DNA of 64,000 nucleotides from an uncultured Clostridia bacterium (GTDB taxonomy: Bacteria > Bacillota > Clostridia > Oscillospirales > UBA644): contig CAOJUB010000003.1 in the NCBI GenBank assembly GCA_948443805.1, positions 1,086-65,085 of the forward strand, in the 5' to 3' direction. The position numbers and the translations under genes were made by a program. This document shows, one piece after another, positions 38,957 to 48,848 of the stretch. How positions within the stretch are numbered: the first letter of the stretch is position 1; every line of letters starts with the position of its first letter. The notes beneath the pieces were generated by a model, which had not been told where the DNA came from, searched no databases, and saw only the letters and a list, made by a program, of their open reading frames with translations.

Positions 38957-39688
38957 ATGATTTTTTACGGGAAAAGCGATGTCGGAAAAGTCCGGACGTC
39001 CAATCAGGACGGATTTCTTTTCCATGATTACGGAGACGGCCGGAGTTTTGCCGTTGTCTGCGACGGAATGGGCGGACATAACGGCGGCAATATTGCAAGC
39101 GAGATGGCCGTGGAGGAAATCCGGGCCTATCTGACGGATCAGACAAACCTGGAAACCTTCGGTGGTGATTTCCGGGCGTTGGTTCTGGCGGCGATCCGCA
39201 AGGCGAACGATAAAATTTTTGTGCGCGCCGTTAAAGAGCCCACCCTCAAAGGGATGGGTACGACGGTCGTGCTTTCCTTTTTTGACGGCGATCATGTGTT
39301 GACCGCCCATGTCGGCGACAGCCGTGCCTATCAGTTCCGGGACGGGGAGTTGCGGCAATTGACGACCGATCATTCGCTGGTGCAGGAGATGATCAGTTCC
39401 GGTCAGATTACCGATCAGGAGGCTCAGACTTCTCCTTACCGGCATGTGATTACCCGTGCCGTCGGAACCGGACCGGACGCCGAGATTGATTTTGATTCTT
39501 CTGAAATCACCGAAGGCACGCTGCTGATTCTCTGTTCCGACGGGCTTTCCAATGCGGTTCCTGTTATGGATATGGAACAGATTCTGAAAACCAATCCGGT
39601 AGAAAAGGTTTGCGATGTGTTGGTTGATACCGCGAATAAAAACGGCGGCAACGACAATATCACGGTTGTTGTTGCCGGGAAAGAATGA
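38957..39688 (+). CDS. stp: PP2C-type Ser/Thr phosphatase
   Basis: NQD, DGMGGH, GMGTT, HVGDSR, CSDGL, GGNDNIT. Confidence 0.92.
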   Translation: MIFYGKSDVGKVRTSNQDGFLFHDYGDGRSFAVVCDGMGGHNGGNIASEMAVEEIRAYLTDQTNLETFGGDFRALVLAAIRKANDKIFVRAVKEPTLKGMGTTVVLSFFDGDHVLTAHVGDSRAYQFRDGELRQLTTDHSLVQEMISSGQITDQEAQTSPYRHVITRAVGTGPDAEIDFDSSEITEGTLLILCSDGLSNAVPVMDMEQILKTNPVEKVCDVLVDTANKNGGNDNITVVVAGKE

Positions 39689-39696
39689 GGCCGGTT

Positions 39697-41364
39697 ATGG
39701 AAGACAGATTGGTAGGAACGGTGTTGAGCGGCCGGTATCGTCTTCTTGACTTGGTTGGCTCCGGCGGTATGGCGAAGGTTTATAAAGCGGAAGATATTCT
39801 GGAGAACCGGCTCGTCGCTATTAAAATGCTCCGCGATGAATATGTGGGGAATGATGAATTCCGGAAACGTTTTCTGAATGAATCCCGCGCTATTACGATG
39901 TTGGTTCACCGGAACATCGTCGATGTTTTTGACGTAAATTTTGATGAAAATTGTCCGTATATCGTCATGGAACTGATCGAAGGCATTACGCTGAAGGACT
40001 ATATGAAAAAAAAATCTCCCTTACCGCTTCGGGAGGCGTTGCTTTATTGCGGACAGATTCTCAGCGCTCTCCGCCATGCGCATGAGCGGGGGGTTGTTCA
40101 CCGGGATATCAAGCCGCAGAATATTATGCTGCTGAACGACGGTGTGGTTAAGGTTACCGATTTCGGTATTGCACAGGTTTCCAACTTCGAGACCGTTACG
40201 CATGACAGCAGTGCGGTCGGTTCGGTTCATTATGTCAGCCCGGAACAGGCGCGGGGGCGTGTGGCCGACGACCGTTCGGATATTTATTCGACGGGTATCA
40301 TGCTGTATGAAATGGTGACGGGGAAATTGCCGTTTACCGGAGAAAATCCGGTTTCCGTTGCATTGAAACAGGTTCAGGAAGAGCCAAAGCGGCCGCGGCA
40401 GATCAATCCTGAAATTCCGGTCGGGCTGGAACAGATTATCATGAAAGCCATGCGTAAAAAACCGGATGAACGGTACAGCAATGCCAGAGAAATGCAGCAT
40501 GATATCGTACGCTTTTTAGAAGATCAGCAGGTTGTTTTCGATTATCCGGACGGATTCGGTTCGGTTCGGAAGCCGGAGAATAAAAAGCAGAAAACAGCAG
40601 GAACAGGAAAAAAAATTCTGACAGAAAAGCAAATCATTCGTAAAAACCGAATGATAGCCGCGCTTTCCGGTATTTTTTTGGCGTTGGTTTTGGTTGTGAC
40701 CGGAACATTTGTCATGTTTACCATGGTGCAGCGTCTCGGCGCTTCGCTTCTGGATATTCCGCAGCTTGTCGGACGAACTCTTTCCGAGGTTCAGAAGGAT
40801 AAACAGGTGACCGATCACTTTAATTTAGTGATCGAAGAGCGCAATGATAGCGTGGTTGCCGCCGGAATTATCATCGAGCAGACGCCAGCCGAAGGCCGGT
40901 ATTCTTCCGGAACGGAAATGAAGGTAATTGTCAGCAAAGGGCCGCGGATGACAACGGTTCCCGCCGTGACCAATCTGGTTGCCGATCAGGCGGCGGCACA
41001 GCTGAAAAGCAATGAACTTTCCTGCGAAAAACTGACGGAGGTCAGCGCTTCGGTGGAAAAGGGGCATGTGATCCGGTGCGAGCCGGCCGACGGTTCCTCG
41101 GTTCCCGTTGGGACGACGGTGAAAATTTTTGTTGCCGCTTCGGGTACCGACAATATGGTAAAAGTTCCCGATGTTCGGGGATTGTCCCGGGACAGCGCGA
41201 TGGCGGCATTGTATGCGAAAAACCTTGACGTGACCACCCAGGAAACCTACAGCGATACCGTGGAGAGCGGCCTGGTCATTTCGCAGAGTTTAGAGGAACT
41301 TTCCGAAGTGGAAGCAGGAAGCAAGATTACTATTTATATCAGTAAAGGCAAGCAAACCGAATGA
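39697..41364 (+). CDS. pknB: PASTA-domain Ser/Thr kinase
   Basis: GSGGMA, HRDIKPQN, DFG, one TM helix, three PASTA repeats. Confidence 0.93.
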   Translation: MEDRLVGTVLSGRYRLLDLVGSGGMAKVYKAEDILENRLVAIKMLRDEYVGNDEFRKRFLNESRAITMLVHRNIVDVFDVNFDENCPYIVMELIEGITLKDYMKKKSPLPLREALLYCGQILSALRHAHERGVVHRDIKPQNIMLLNDGVVKVTDFGIAQVSNFETVTHDSSAVGSVHYVSPEQARGRVADDRSDIYSTGIMLYEMVTGKLPFTGENPVSVALKQVQEEPKRPRQINPEIPVGLEQIIMKAMRKKPDERYSNAREMQHDIVRFLEDQQVVFDYPDGFGSVRKPENKKQKTAGTGKKILTEKQIIRKNRMIAALSGIFLALVLVVTGTFVMFTMVQRLGASLLDIPQLVGRTLSEVQKDKQVTDHFNLVIEERNDSVVAAGIIIEQTPAEGRYSSGTEMKVIVSKGPRMTTVPAVTNLVADQAAAQLKSNELSCEKLTEVSASVEKGHVIRCEPADGSSVPVGTTVKIFVAASGTDNMVKVPDVRGLSRDSAMAALYAKNLDVTTQETYSDTVESGLVISQSLEELSEVEAGSKITIYISKGKQTE

Positions 41365-42275
41365 CAGAACAGCAGGGAATTATCATCAAAGGCGTGGGCG
41401 GCCTTTATACCGTTGTCTGCGCTGGGAATACACTGGAGTGCCGCGCGCGCGGGCGTTTTCGCCGGGAACTTCTGACGCCGGCGGTCGGTGACCGCGTTGT
41501 TGTTTCTCCGGAACATTTTATTACGGAGATTCTGCCCCGGAAAAACAGCCTGATCCGGCCGGCGGTGGCCAATATCGACCGGCTTTTTATCGTTGCGGCG
41601 CTTGCCGAACCGGATCCCGATGTTTTTTATCTTGATAAACTGACCGTCATCGCCGAATATTACGGCATTGAACCGGTTTTGATCTTTAACAAAAGCGATC
41701 TGGGCGATCCGAAGGGGATTTTATCGGTGTACGAACGGGTTCCGTATAAAAAAATTGTTCTTTGCACGGAAACGGCGGACGCCGAACAGGTTTCGCTTCT
41801 TGCCGGTGAATTCTCCGGAAGAACTTCGGCTTTTGCCGGTTATTCTGGCGTAGGAAAATCCAGTATTCTGAATCTTTTAGCCCGCCATGAAGGCCGGGAA
41901 CTGAATGCGCAGACCGGTCATATCAGCCAGAAACTCCGGCGGGGGAAGCACACCACGAGGCATGTGGAACTGTTTTCTCTCTGTGGCGGATATATCGCCG
42001 ATACGCCCGGTTTCGGCAGTTTGGCGTTTGACTATTTTAACCTGAAAGACCGGCGTCTGCTTGCCGGATGTTTTCCGGAATTTTCGGCGTATGTAAAGGG
42101 TTGTCGCTTTCATGACTGTTCTCACCGGAAAGAAAAGGAGTGCGGCGTCCGGGAAGCGGTTGCTTCGGGAGAAATTTCTCCCTCCCGGTATGAAAGTTTC
42201 TGCCGTATGTATGAGGAAATGGGCGAATACCGCCCCTGGAAAGAAAAAACCGACAGTGAAGGAGAAAGAAAATGA
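41361..42275 (+). CDS. rsgA: Ribosome small-subunit GTPase RsgA
   Basis: NKSD, SGVGKSS, GKHTT, DTPG, CRFHDCSH...C. Confidence 0.95.
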   Translation: MTEQQGIIIKGVGGLYTVVCAGNTLECRARGRFRRELLTPAVGDRVVVSPEHFITEILPRKNSLIRPAVANIDRLFIVAALAEPDPDVFYLDKLTVIAEYYGIEPVLIFNKSDLGDPKGILSVYERVPYKKIVLCTETADAEQVSLLAGEFSGRTSAFAGYSGVGKSSILNLLARHEGRELNAQTGHISQKLRRGKHTTRHVELFSLCGGYIADTPGFGSLAFDYFNLKDRRLLAGCFPEFSAYVKGCRFHDCSHRKEKECGVREAVASGEISPSRYESFCRMYEEMGEYRPWKEKTDSEGERK

Positions 42276-43174
42276 AAAAAATCATTTACGACCACGATTT
42301 CGGCGCGGACTGCGATGACGGCGGCGCCGGCGCTATGCTGGCAAAGGCGCATCGGGACGGCCATGTCAAGGTTCTTGCCGTTACACAGGCGATTGCCAAT
42401 CCGTACGGTCAATATTGTATGGAGGCAATTTTTGATTATCTCGGCGTCAGCGGAATCCCTTTCGGATATAATCTGGAAAACAGCAAGTTTTCCGGGGATG
42501 TGTATCATTTATGTACCAAAAGTCCGGCGGAAAAATATTATGCGGCCAAGAAAAAACCGTTTCCTGAGCAGCAGAGCGGGATTCGGCTTCTCCGGAAAGT
42601 GCTTTCCGAAAATAACCGAAAAGATATCACGCTTGTGACTACCGGAATGCTTACAACGGTTTATGGCCTGTGTCTTTCCGGACCGGATGACATTTCCCCG
42701 AAAACTGGTCTGGAATTACTTGCTGAAAATATTGAAGAATATGTGCTGGGGGGCGCGAATTTTGAAAGCGAGGATGTCCGCGAATATAATGTCCGGGCGG
42801 ATATTGAAGCCGGCATGTATGTGGTCAATCAGGCGCCGTTTCCTATTACTTATGTCGGCAGCGAAGTGGGATTTTATATCATTTCCGGGCAGATTTTAGC
42901 AGATCAGCCGGAGGATTATCCTCTCCGGGAGGCCTTTTATGCGGTAAACGAAGGCAAGGACTGCACCCGTTTCAGCTGGGATCAGGCGGATATGCATTAT
43001 GCCATTTTCGGTCCGGGAGATTTCTGGGAAGTTCACCGGAATATTCATGTTTCTATCGACAGCGAAGGGCACACTTTTTTCCGGCCGGGCGGAAAAGACA
43101 GTTATCTGTCTTTTGATCATAAACATATTGACAGGCTTCGCGAGATATTCAATGAGGGAATGCGCGCGGTCTGA
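42272..43174 (+). CDS. Nucleoside hydrolase family protein, paralog 1
   Basis: DHDFGADCDD Asp cluster, EYNVRAD, SWD. Confidence 0.8.
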   Translation: MKKIIYDHDFGADCDDGGAGAMLAKAHRDGHVKVLAVTQAIANPYGQYCMEAIFDYLGVSGIPFGYNLENSKFSGDVYHLCTKSPAEKYYAAKKKPFPEQQSGIRLLRKVLSENNRKDITLVTTGMLTTVYGLCLSGPDDISPKTGLELLAENIEEYVLGGANFESEDVREYNVRADIEAGMYVVNQAPFPITYVGSEVGFYIISGQILADQPEDYPLREAFYAVNEGKDCTRFSWDQADMHYAIFGPGDFWEVHRNIHVSIDSEGHTFFRPGGKDSYLSFDHKHIDRLREIFNEGMRAV

Positions 43175-43200
43175 CCAACTGAGAAGAAAGGAAGAATGAA

Positions 43201-44124
43201 ATGAAAAAAATCATTTTTGATCATGACCTTGGCAGCGACTGCGACGACGGCGGCGCCGGCGCAATTTTGGCAAAGGCGCATCGGGACGGCCTTGTCCGCG
43301 TTCTTGCCGTTACCCATGCGATTGCCAATCCCTACGGCCAATACTGTATGGAGGCGATTTTTGAATATCTTGGCGCGGAAGGCGTACCGTTTGGATATAA
43401 TCTGGAAAATGATAAATGCGGGGAAGACGACTGTCATATGTCGACAAAAGGTCCGGCGGAGAGATACTATGCCAGAGTCGGTCGACCCTTTCCTGAAAGA
43501 AAAAGCAATCTGAAGCTGCTTCGCCGGGTTCTGACGGAAAACGGCGGAAAAAATGATATTCTTCTGGTTGTTACCGGACCGCTGATTACCCTGCATGAAC
43601 TGTATCGGTCCGGTCCCGACGAGATTTCCCCGAAAACCGGTTTGGAACTGGCAAAAGAGAATATTGAACGGATCATTATCGCCGCGGGGAATTTCCAGAG
43701 TTTTGATATTCGGGAATGGAATATCCGCTGTGATGCGGAATCGGCTCTTGCCGTCCTGAATCACAGTCCGATTCCGATTCTTTATTCCGGGAATGAAGTC
43801 GGCGGCTGCATTATCAGTGGGCAGAGCCTGGCGGATCAGCCGGAAGATTATCCGCTGCGCGACTGCTATTATGAACTGAACAATGCCTATCAGACAAACG
43901 AGTGTACCCGGAACAGCTGGGACCTTGTTGTCGCCTATTATGCGGTTTACGGCGATACCGGTCTGTGGGGAAGACAGGACGGCTATGAAGTGGAAGTCGA
44001 TGAACAAGGTCGAACCCGGTTTGCTCCGGGCGGTATTCATAGCTATCTGGTTCCGGATTACAGCAAAACCGATGAAATCTGTGCAATTTTTAATGAACAG
44101 ATGGCGGTAGACAACCGAAAATAA
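43201..44124 (+). CDS. Nucleoside hydrolase family protein, paralog 2
   Basis: DHDLGSDCDD, GPL, EWNIRCD, NSWD. Confidence 0.8.
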   Translation: MKKIIFDHDLGSDCDDGGAGAILAKAHRDGLVRVLAVTHAIANPYGQYCMEAIFEYLGAEGVPFGYNLENDKCGEDDCHMSTKGPAERYYARVGRPFPERKSNLKLLRRVLTENGGKNDILLVVTGPLITLHELYRSGPDEISPKTGLELAKENIERIIIAAGNFQSFDIREWNIRCDAESALAVLNHSPIPILYSGNEVGGCIISGQSLADQPEDYPLRDCYYELNNAYQTNECTRNSWDLVVAYYAVYGDTGLWGRQDGYEVEVDEQGRTRFAPGGIHSYLVPDYSKTDEICAIFNEQMAVDNRK

Positions 44125-44135
44125 CAGCGTTTTGT

Positions 44136-44175
44136 AAAAGAGGCGCGGATCGGGCTGATCCGTGTCTCTTTTTTT
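44136..44175 (+). terminator. Rho-independent terminator
   Basis: AAAAGAGGCGCGGATC-GGGCT-GATCCGTGTCTCTTTTTTT. Confidence 0.85.
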
Positions 44176-44481
44176 AATAAGACTGTTTTTGAGGTTTTTT
44201 ATGAAACGGACGCTCTTATTGTTTTAAACTTTGTCTTTTTTGTAAATAGTATTGCTTTCAACGGCTTTCTATGGTACAATAAAGAACAGCAAGCTGTTCT
44301 TATGAAAAAAGCGTTTCAACCCTTCGGTTGAAGTTCCGTTTCGGATCTCCGCTTTTTTCTGTTACAACAACTCATGGTATGCGGTTCTTTTGTAAAATTC
44401 ATGGTCTGGCGAAGGCTTTGGGTTTGCATTCTTTTTTCTGGTTTATTTGAAAAATCCAATAAAAAGAAAGGGGATAGGAAA

Positions 44482-45849
44482 ATGGAAGAAAAAGAAATTC
44501 TTGAATTATCCGAAAAATCGGTTGAACTGCTCAGCCAAAGAAAGTTCTCGGAATTTCGAAGTATCCTGTCCCAGCTGGTGCCGGCGGATATTGCGTTGAT
44601 GATGGAATCGGTTCCGGAAGAATGGAAATTCCTGTTTTTCCGTATCCTGCCCAAAGAGACCGCTGCGGAGACTTTTGTTTATTTGGATAACGATATGCAG
44701 AAAAGCTTGATTCAGGCTTTCAGCGACAGCGAACTTCGGCAGATGATCGATGAACTGTATCTGGACGACGCGGTTGACTTAATTGAGGAAATGCCGGCCA
44801 ATGTGGTGAAAAGAATTCTCCGGAATTCTTCGGCGGATATGCGGAAGCAGATCAATGAGATACTGAAATATCCCAAAGACAGCGCCGGCAGCATTATGAC
44901 GACCGAATATGTCGATCTGAAACGGTATATGACGGTTGGACAGGCCTTTGACCGGATTCGCACCACCGGTGTGGATAAAGAGACGGTATATACCTGTTAT
45001 GTGACCGATGCGAACCGGATTCTTCTCGGAATTGTTTCGGTGAAAGACCTTCTTCTTGCCAACAGCGATGATGTGATCGGCGATATTATGGAATCGAACA
45101 ATATCATTTCGGTCAATACGCTGGAAGATAAAGAAAGCGTTGCCAATCAGTTCAATAAATATGATTTTCTTGCGATTCCGGTGGTCGACAGTGATGAACG
45201 GCTGGTTGGGATTGTTACCTTCGACGATGCAATGGACGTTATTCAGGAAGAGACGGAGGAAGACTTTGCAAAAATGGCAGCGATCACCAACGCCGAGGGT
45301 TCTTATTTTAAAACACCGGTGTTCACGCATGCCCGCCGCCGGATTGTCTGGCTTCTTTTCCTGATGCTTTCTGCCACGATTACCGGGTCGATTCTCACTT
45401 CGTTTGAAGCCTCCATTGCGGCGGTTCCGCTTCTGGTTTCCTTTATCCCAATGCTGATGGATACTTCCGGAAACTGCGGTTCGCAGGCTTCTACGCTGAT
45501 TATCCGAGGACTGGCGCTCGGCGAGGTTCGGCCGAGAGATGTTTTCCGGGTCATCCGAAAGGAAGTTGCGGTTGCTTCCCTGGTCGGCTTTGCGCTTTCG
45601 GTGGTAAATTTTATCCGGATTCTGATTATGTACGGCGGAAATGTCAACCTGAGCCTGGTGGTCAGCGTGACGCTGTTTTTTACGGTGATTATCGCCAAAG
45701 TGATCGGCTGTACGCTGCCGCTTTTGGCCAAGACGGTAAAACTGGATCCTGCCATGATGGCTTCTCCGATGATTACCACCATTGTGGATTGCTGCGCCAT
45801 GCTGATATATTTTGCGATTGCCAATGCGTTTCTTCCGTATCTGGTCTGA
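44482..45849 (+). CDS. mgtE: Magnesium transporter MgtE
   Basis: SAGSIMTTEY CBS pair, GNCGSQ, DPAMMASPMITTIVD. Confidence 0.95.
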   Translation: MEEKEILELSEKSVELLSQRKFSEFRSILSQLVPADIALMMESVPEEWKFLFFRILPKETAAETFVYLDNDMQKSLIQAFSDSELRQMIDELYLDDAVDLIEEMPANVVKRILRNSSADMRKQINEILKYPKDSAGSIMTTEYVDLKRYMTVGQAFDRIRTTGVDKETVYTCYVTDANRILLGIVSVKDLLLANSDDVIGDIMESNNIISVNTLEDKESVANQFNKYDFLAIPVVDSDERLVGIVTFDDAMDVIQEETEEDFAKMAAITNAEGSYFKTPVFTHARRRIVWLLFLMLSATITGSILTSFEASIAAVPLLVSFIPMLMDTSGNCGSQASTLIIRGLALGEVRPRDVFRVIRKEVAVASLVGFALSVVNFIRILIMYGGNVNLSLVVSVTLFFTVIIAKVIGCTLPLLAKTVKLDPAMMASPMITTIVDCCAMLIYFAIANAFLPYLV

Positions 45850-45892
45850 GTTTTGATAAAGGGTGTCGTTTTTCCGGGAATTTTGCGGAAAC

Positions 45893-45921
45893 TTGACTTA
45901 TTTGGGAAAATGTAGTATAAT
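45893..45921 (+). promoter_or_regulatory. SigA-type promoter of the polysaccharide locus
   Basis: TTGACT-17-TATAAT. Confidence 0.75.
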
Positions 45922-45976
45922 AAAAAAGAATATATCTTTCCGCTTTAAAAAAGGCGGGGAAAGGTACCGTTGATTC

Positions 45977-46816
45977 GTGACGAAAATACTAATTACGGGA
46001 AAAGACAGTTATATCGGCTCCTCATTTGAATCCCAAGCGGAAGATTGGACAGATTACAGTGTTGATACCGTCGATTTAATCGACGGTTCCTGGAGAGACC
46101 GGAGTTTTTCGGGATATGACGCTGTTTTTCATGTCGCCGGGATTGCGCATATCCGGGAAACAGCGAAAAACGCGGCGCTGTATTATTCCGTGAACTGTGA
46201 CCTCGCGGCAGAAACGGCGGAAAAGGCGAAGGCCGACGGCGTCAGGCAGTTCGTTTTTCTCAGCTCGATGAGTGTGTACGGCAAAGAAACCGGACGGATT
46301 ACCACCGATACGGTTCCCTGTCCGAAAAGCCATTACGGCAAATCCAAGCTTCTTGCCGAGGAAAAGTTGGCGGCGCTTGCCGATGATGATTTTACCATTA
46401 CGGTTCTCCGGCCGCCGATGGTGTACGGAAAAGGCTGTAAAGGAAATTTCAACACGCTGAAAAGCCTTGCGCTGAAACTGCCCTTTTTCCCGGATGTGAA
46501 AAATGAGCGCAGCATGATTTATATTGACAATCTTTCTGCTTTTGTGAAAATGGTAATTGACCGGTGCGCAGGCGGCGTGTTTTTCCCGCAGAACCGGACG
46601 TATTGTTCCACGGTTGCTATGGCGGAAATGATTGCGGATTCGGCAGGGAAAAAATTTCGGAAAAGCCGCTTGCTCGGCGCCGGTGTTCGTTTTCTTCGGT
46701 GTTTTCTTCCGGTGGCTCAAAAGGGGTTTGGAAGCCTTGTTTACGAAGGAACGGAAACCGCGGATTTTGAATACTGTGTTTGCGAGTTTCCGGATTCTAT
46801 TCGGAACAGTATGTGA
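45977..46816 (+). CDS. NAD-dependent sugar epimerase/dehydratase
   Basis: ITGKDSYIG, SSMSVYG, YGKSK, RPPMVYG. Confidence 0.88.
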   Translation: MTKILITGKDSYIGSSFESQAEDWTDYSVDTVDLIDGSWRDRSFSGYDAVFHVAGIAHIRETAKNAALYYSVNCDLAAETAEKAKADGVRQFVFLSSMSVYGKETGRITTDTVPCPKSHYGKSKLLAEEKLAALADDDFTITVLRPPMVYGKGCKGNFNTLKSLALKLPFFPDVKNERSMIYIDNLSAFVKMVIDRCAGGVFFPQNRTYCSTVAMAEMIADSAGKKFRKSRLLGAGVRFLRCFLPVAQKGFGSLVYEGTETADFEYCVCEFPDSIRNSM

Positions 46817-46872
46817 CCGAACCGGTTTTGCTTTTTGATTTTGCCGGATTCCGGCGGAAAGGGCCTGTTGGT

Positions 46873-47622
46873 ATGAATGTCTCTGAAAAACCTTTGGTAA
46901 GTCTGATTACCGTAACTTTTAACAGTGAAAAAACCTTGGTTAGGACGATTGAGTCTGTTCTGAACCAGACCTATCCGCATATAGAATATATCATTATGGA
47001 CGGCTGTTCCAAAGACGGAACGGTTGCGCTCGCGCAGTCTTACCGCGAAGCGTTTGCCAAGAAAAATATTCCGTTTCAGGTTGTTTCGGAACCGGATCGC
47101 GGAATGTATGACGCGATTAACAAAGCGGTTGCTCTTTCTCGCGGCGTCATTATCGGCAATGTCAACAGCGATGATTATTATGAGCCCGACGCGGCGGAGA
47201 CGGTAGCGGAGGAATACCTCCGGGAACCATATGATATGATTTATGGTGATCTCCGTATTATCAAGCCCTCCGGCGTCGCGGTGAAAAAAGCGAAACTGAA
47301 AAAATTTGTCTCCACCCGTTATTGGAATCATCCCACCACATTTATCACTAAGGAAACTTACGCAAAGGAACCGTATAAATGCGAGACGATGTACGACGAC
47401 TGCGATCTGATGCTGCGGCTGCGGAAGAAGGGGTACCGGGTCCGGGTTGTCGGAAAAATTCTGTCCAATTTTACGTTCGGCGGGATGAGTACCCGGAAAA
47501 ATTGGAAAGAAACGGTAGAGCGGATCCGGATTCGCTGTAAAGTGTATAAAAACAATGGGTACGGGTTGCCATATTATCTTGACAGCTGTTTGATGGAAAC
47601 CGCAAAATTTCTTTTGGGCTGA
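46873..47622 (+). CDS. GT2 glycosyltransferase
   Basis: SLITVTFN, DGCSKDGT, EPDRGMYDAINK, NSDD. Confidence 0.9.
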   Translation: MNVSEKPLVSLITVTFNSEKTLVRTIESVLNQTYPHIEYIIMDGCSKDGTVALAQSYREAFAKKNIPFQVVSEPDRGMYDAINKAVALSRGVIIGNVNSDDYYEPDAAETVAEEYLREPYDMIYGDLRIIKPSGVAVKKAKLKKFVSTRYWNHPTTFITKETYAKEPYKCETMYDDCDLMLRLRKKGYRVRVVGKILSNFTFGGMSTRKNWKETVERIRIRCKVYKNNGYGLPYYLDSCLMETAKFLLG

Positions 47623-47642
47623 CCGGAAAAGGAACCGACGCG

Positions 47643-48833
47643 ATGAGAATTTTTGAAATCAATACCGTATACAATTCCGGCAGTACCGGAAGGATAACTG
47701 CGGATTTAAAGCACGCGGTAGAATGTGCCGGCGGCGAATGCTTTGTTGCGTACGGCCGGGGCGGCAGCCGGGAAAACAATACGCTCTGCGTCAGCAGCCG
47801 GGCGGATTTGTATTACCATGCGCTGATGACCAGGCTGACCGACCGAACCGGTTTTTATTCCCGGCAGGCGACAAAAAAGCTGATCCGGAAAATCCAGGAA
47901 TTTTCTCCCGACCTGATTCATTTGCATAATCTGCACGGGTATTACTGCCATCTGGAAGTTCTTTTTCAGTTTCTTCGGGAGTACGGCCGTCCAGTTGTCT
48001 GGACGTTGCATGACTGCTGGGCTTTTACCGGGCATTGTGCGAGTTTTGATTTCTGCGGCTGTGAAAAATGGAAAACCGGATGTTTTTCCTGCCCGCAGAA
48101 GCTGGATTATCCGGCTTCTGACTGCTTTGACGCTTCCGGCCGGAATTTTAACGATAAAAAACGGTTGTTTACCGCGGTGGAAAACCTGACGGTCGTTACG
48201 CCGTCCGAATGGCTTGCCGGGCTGGTGAAAAGCTCTTTTTTGAACCGGCATAAGGTGCGGGTTATCCATAACGGAATCGATCTTTCGGTTTTTACCCCCC
48301 GGGAAAGCGACTGCCGGTCGCGCTTCGGGCTTCAGAATAAAAAGATTCTTCTGAGCGTAGCGAATGTCTGGACGGAAAAAAAAGGTTTTTCCGATTTGCT
48401 GCGGCTTTCCGGCATGCTTTCCGGTGATTACCGGATATTGGTGGTCGGGCTGGATGAAAAACAGAAAAAAAAGCTTACTCCCAATATGATCGGCCTATCC
48501 CGCACCGAAAGCATTGACGAATTGGCAGAACTTTACAGCGCGGCGGATTTTTTTGTCAACCCCACCAAGGAGGAGGCGTTTGGTATGGTCAACGTCGAAG
48601 CCTTAGCCTGTGGAACGCCGGTGATTACGTATGCTTCCGGGGGAACGCCGGAAACGGTTGCGCCGGGCTGCGGCCGGGTGGTTCGCCGGGGTGACCTGAA
48701 CGCCATGCTGGAAGCGCTGAACGGGGACTATTCTCCTGAAAAGTGTACGACGTTCGCTTCTTTTTTCCAAAAAGAGCGATCGGTAGAAAAATATATTGGT
48801 TTGTATCAAGAAAAAATAACAGTTACTGAATGA
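47643..48833 (+). CDS. GT4 glycosyltransferase (WcaC-like)
   Basis: HLHNLHG, WTLHDCW, EAFGMVNVEALACG. Confidence 0.9.
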   Translation: MRIFEINTVYNSGSTGRITADLKHAVECAGGECFVAYGRGGSRENNTLCVSSRADLYYHALMTRLTDRTGFYSRQATKKLIRKIQEFSPDLIHLHNLHGYYCHLEVLFQFLREYGRPVVWTLHDCWAFTGHCASFDFCGCEKWKTGCFSCPQKLDYPASDCFDASGRNFNDKKRLFTAVENLTVVTPSEWLAGLVKSSFLNRHKVRVIHNGIDLSVFTPRESDCRSRFGLQNKKILLSVANVWTEKKGFSDLLRLSGMLSGDYRILVVGLDEKQKKKLTPNMIGLSRTESIDELAELYSAADFFVNPTKEEAFGMVNVEALACGTPVITYASGGTPETVAPGCGRVVRRGDLNAMLEALNGDYSPEKCTTFASFFQKERSVEKYIGLYQEKITVTE

Positions 48834-48848
48834 GGCAGTAAAGGGAAA

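Noticed and set aside
2381-42275. CGG codon reassignment, given heavy CGG use
   Set aside because: CGG occupies conserved Arg positions such as DRVRKRP, HRDIKP and NREINT
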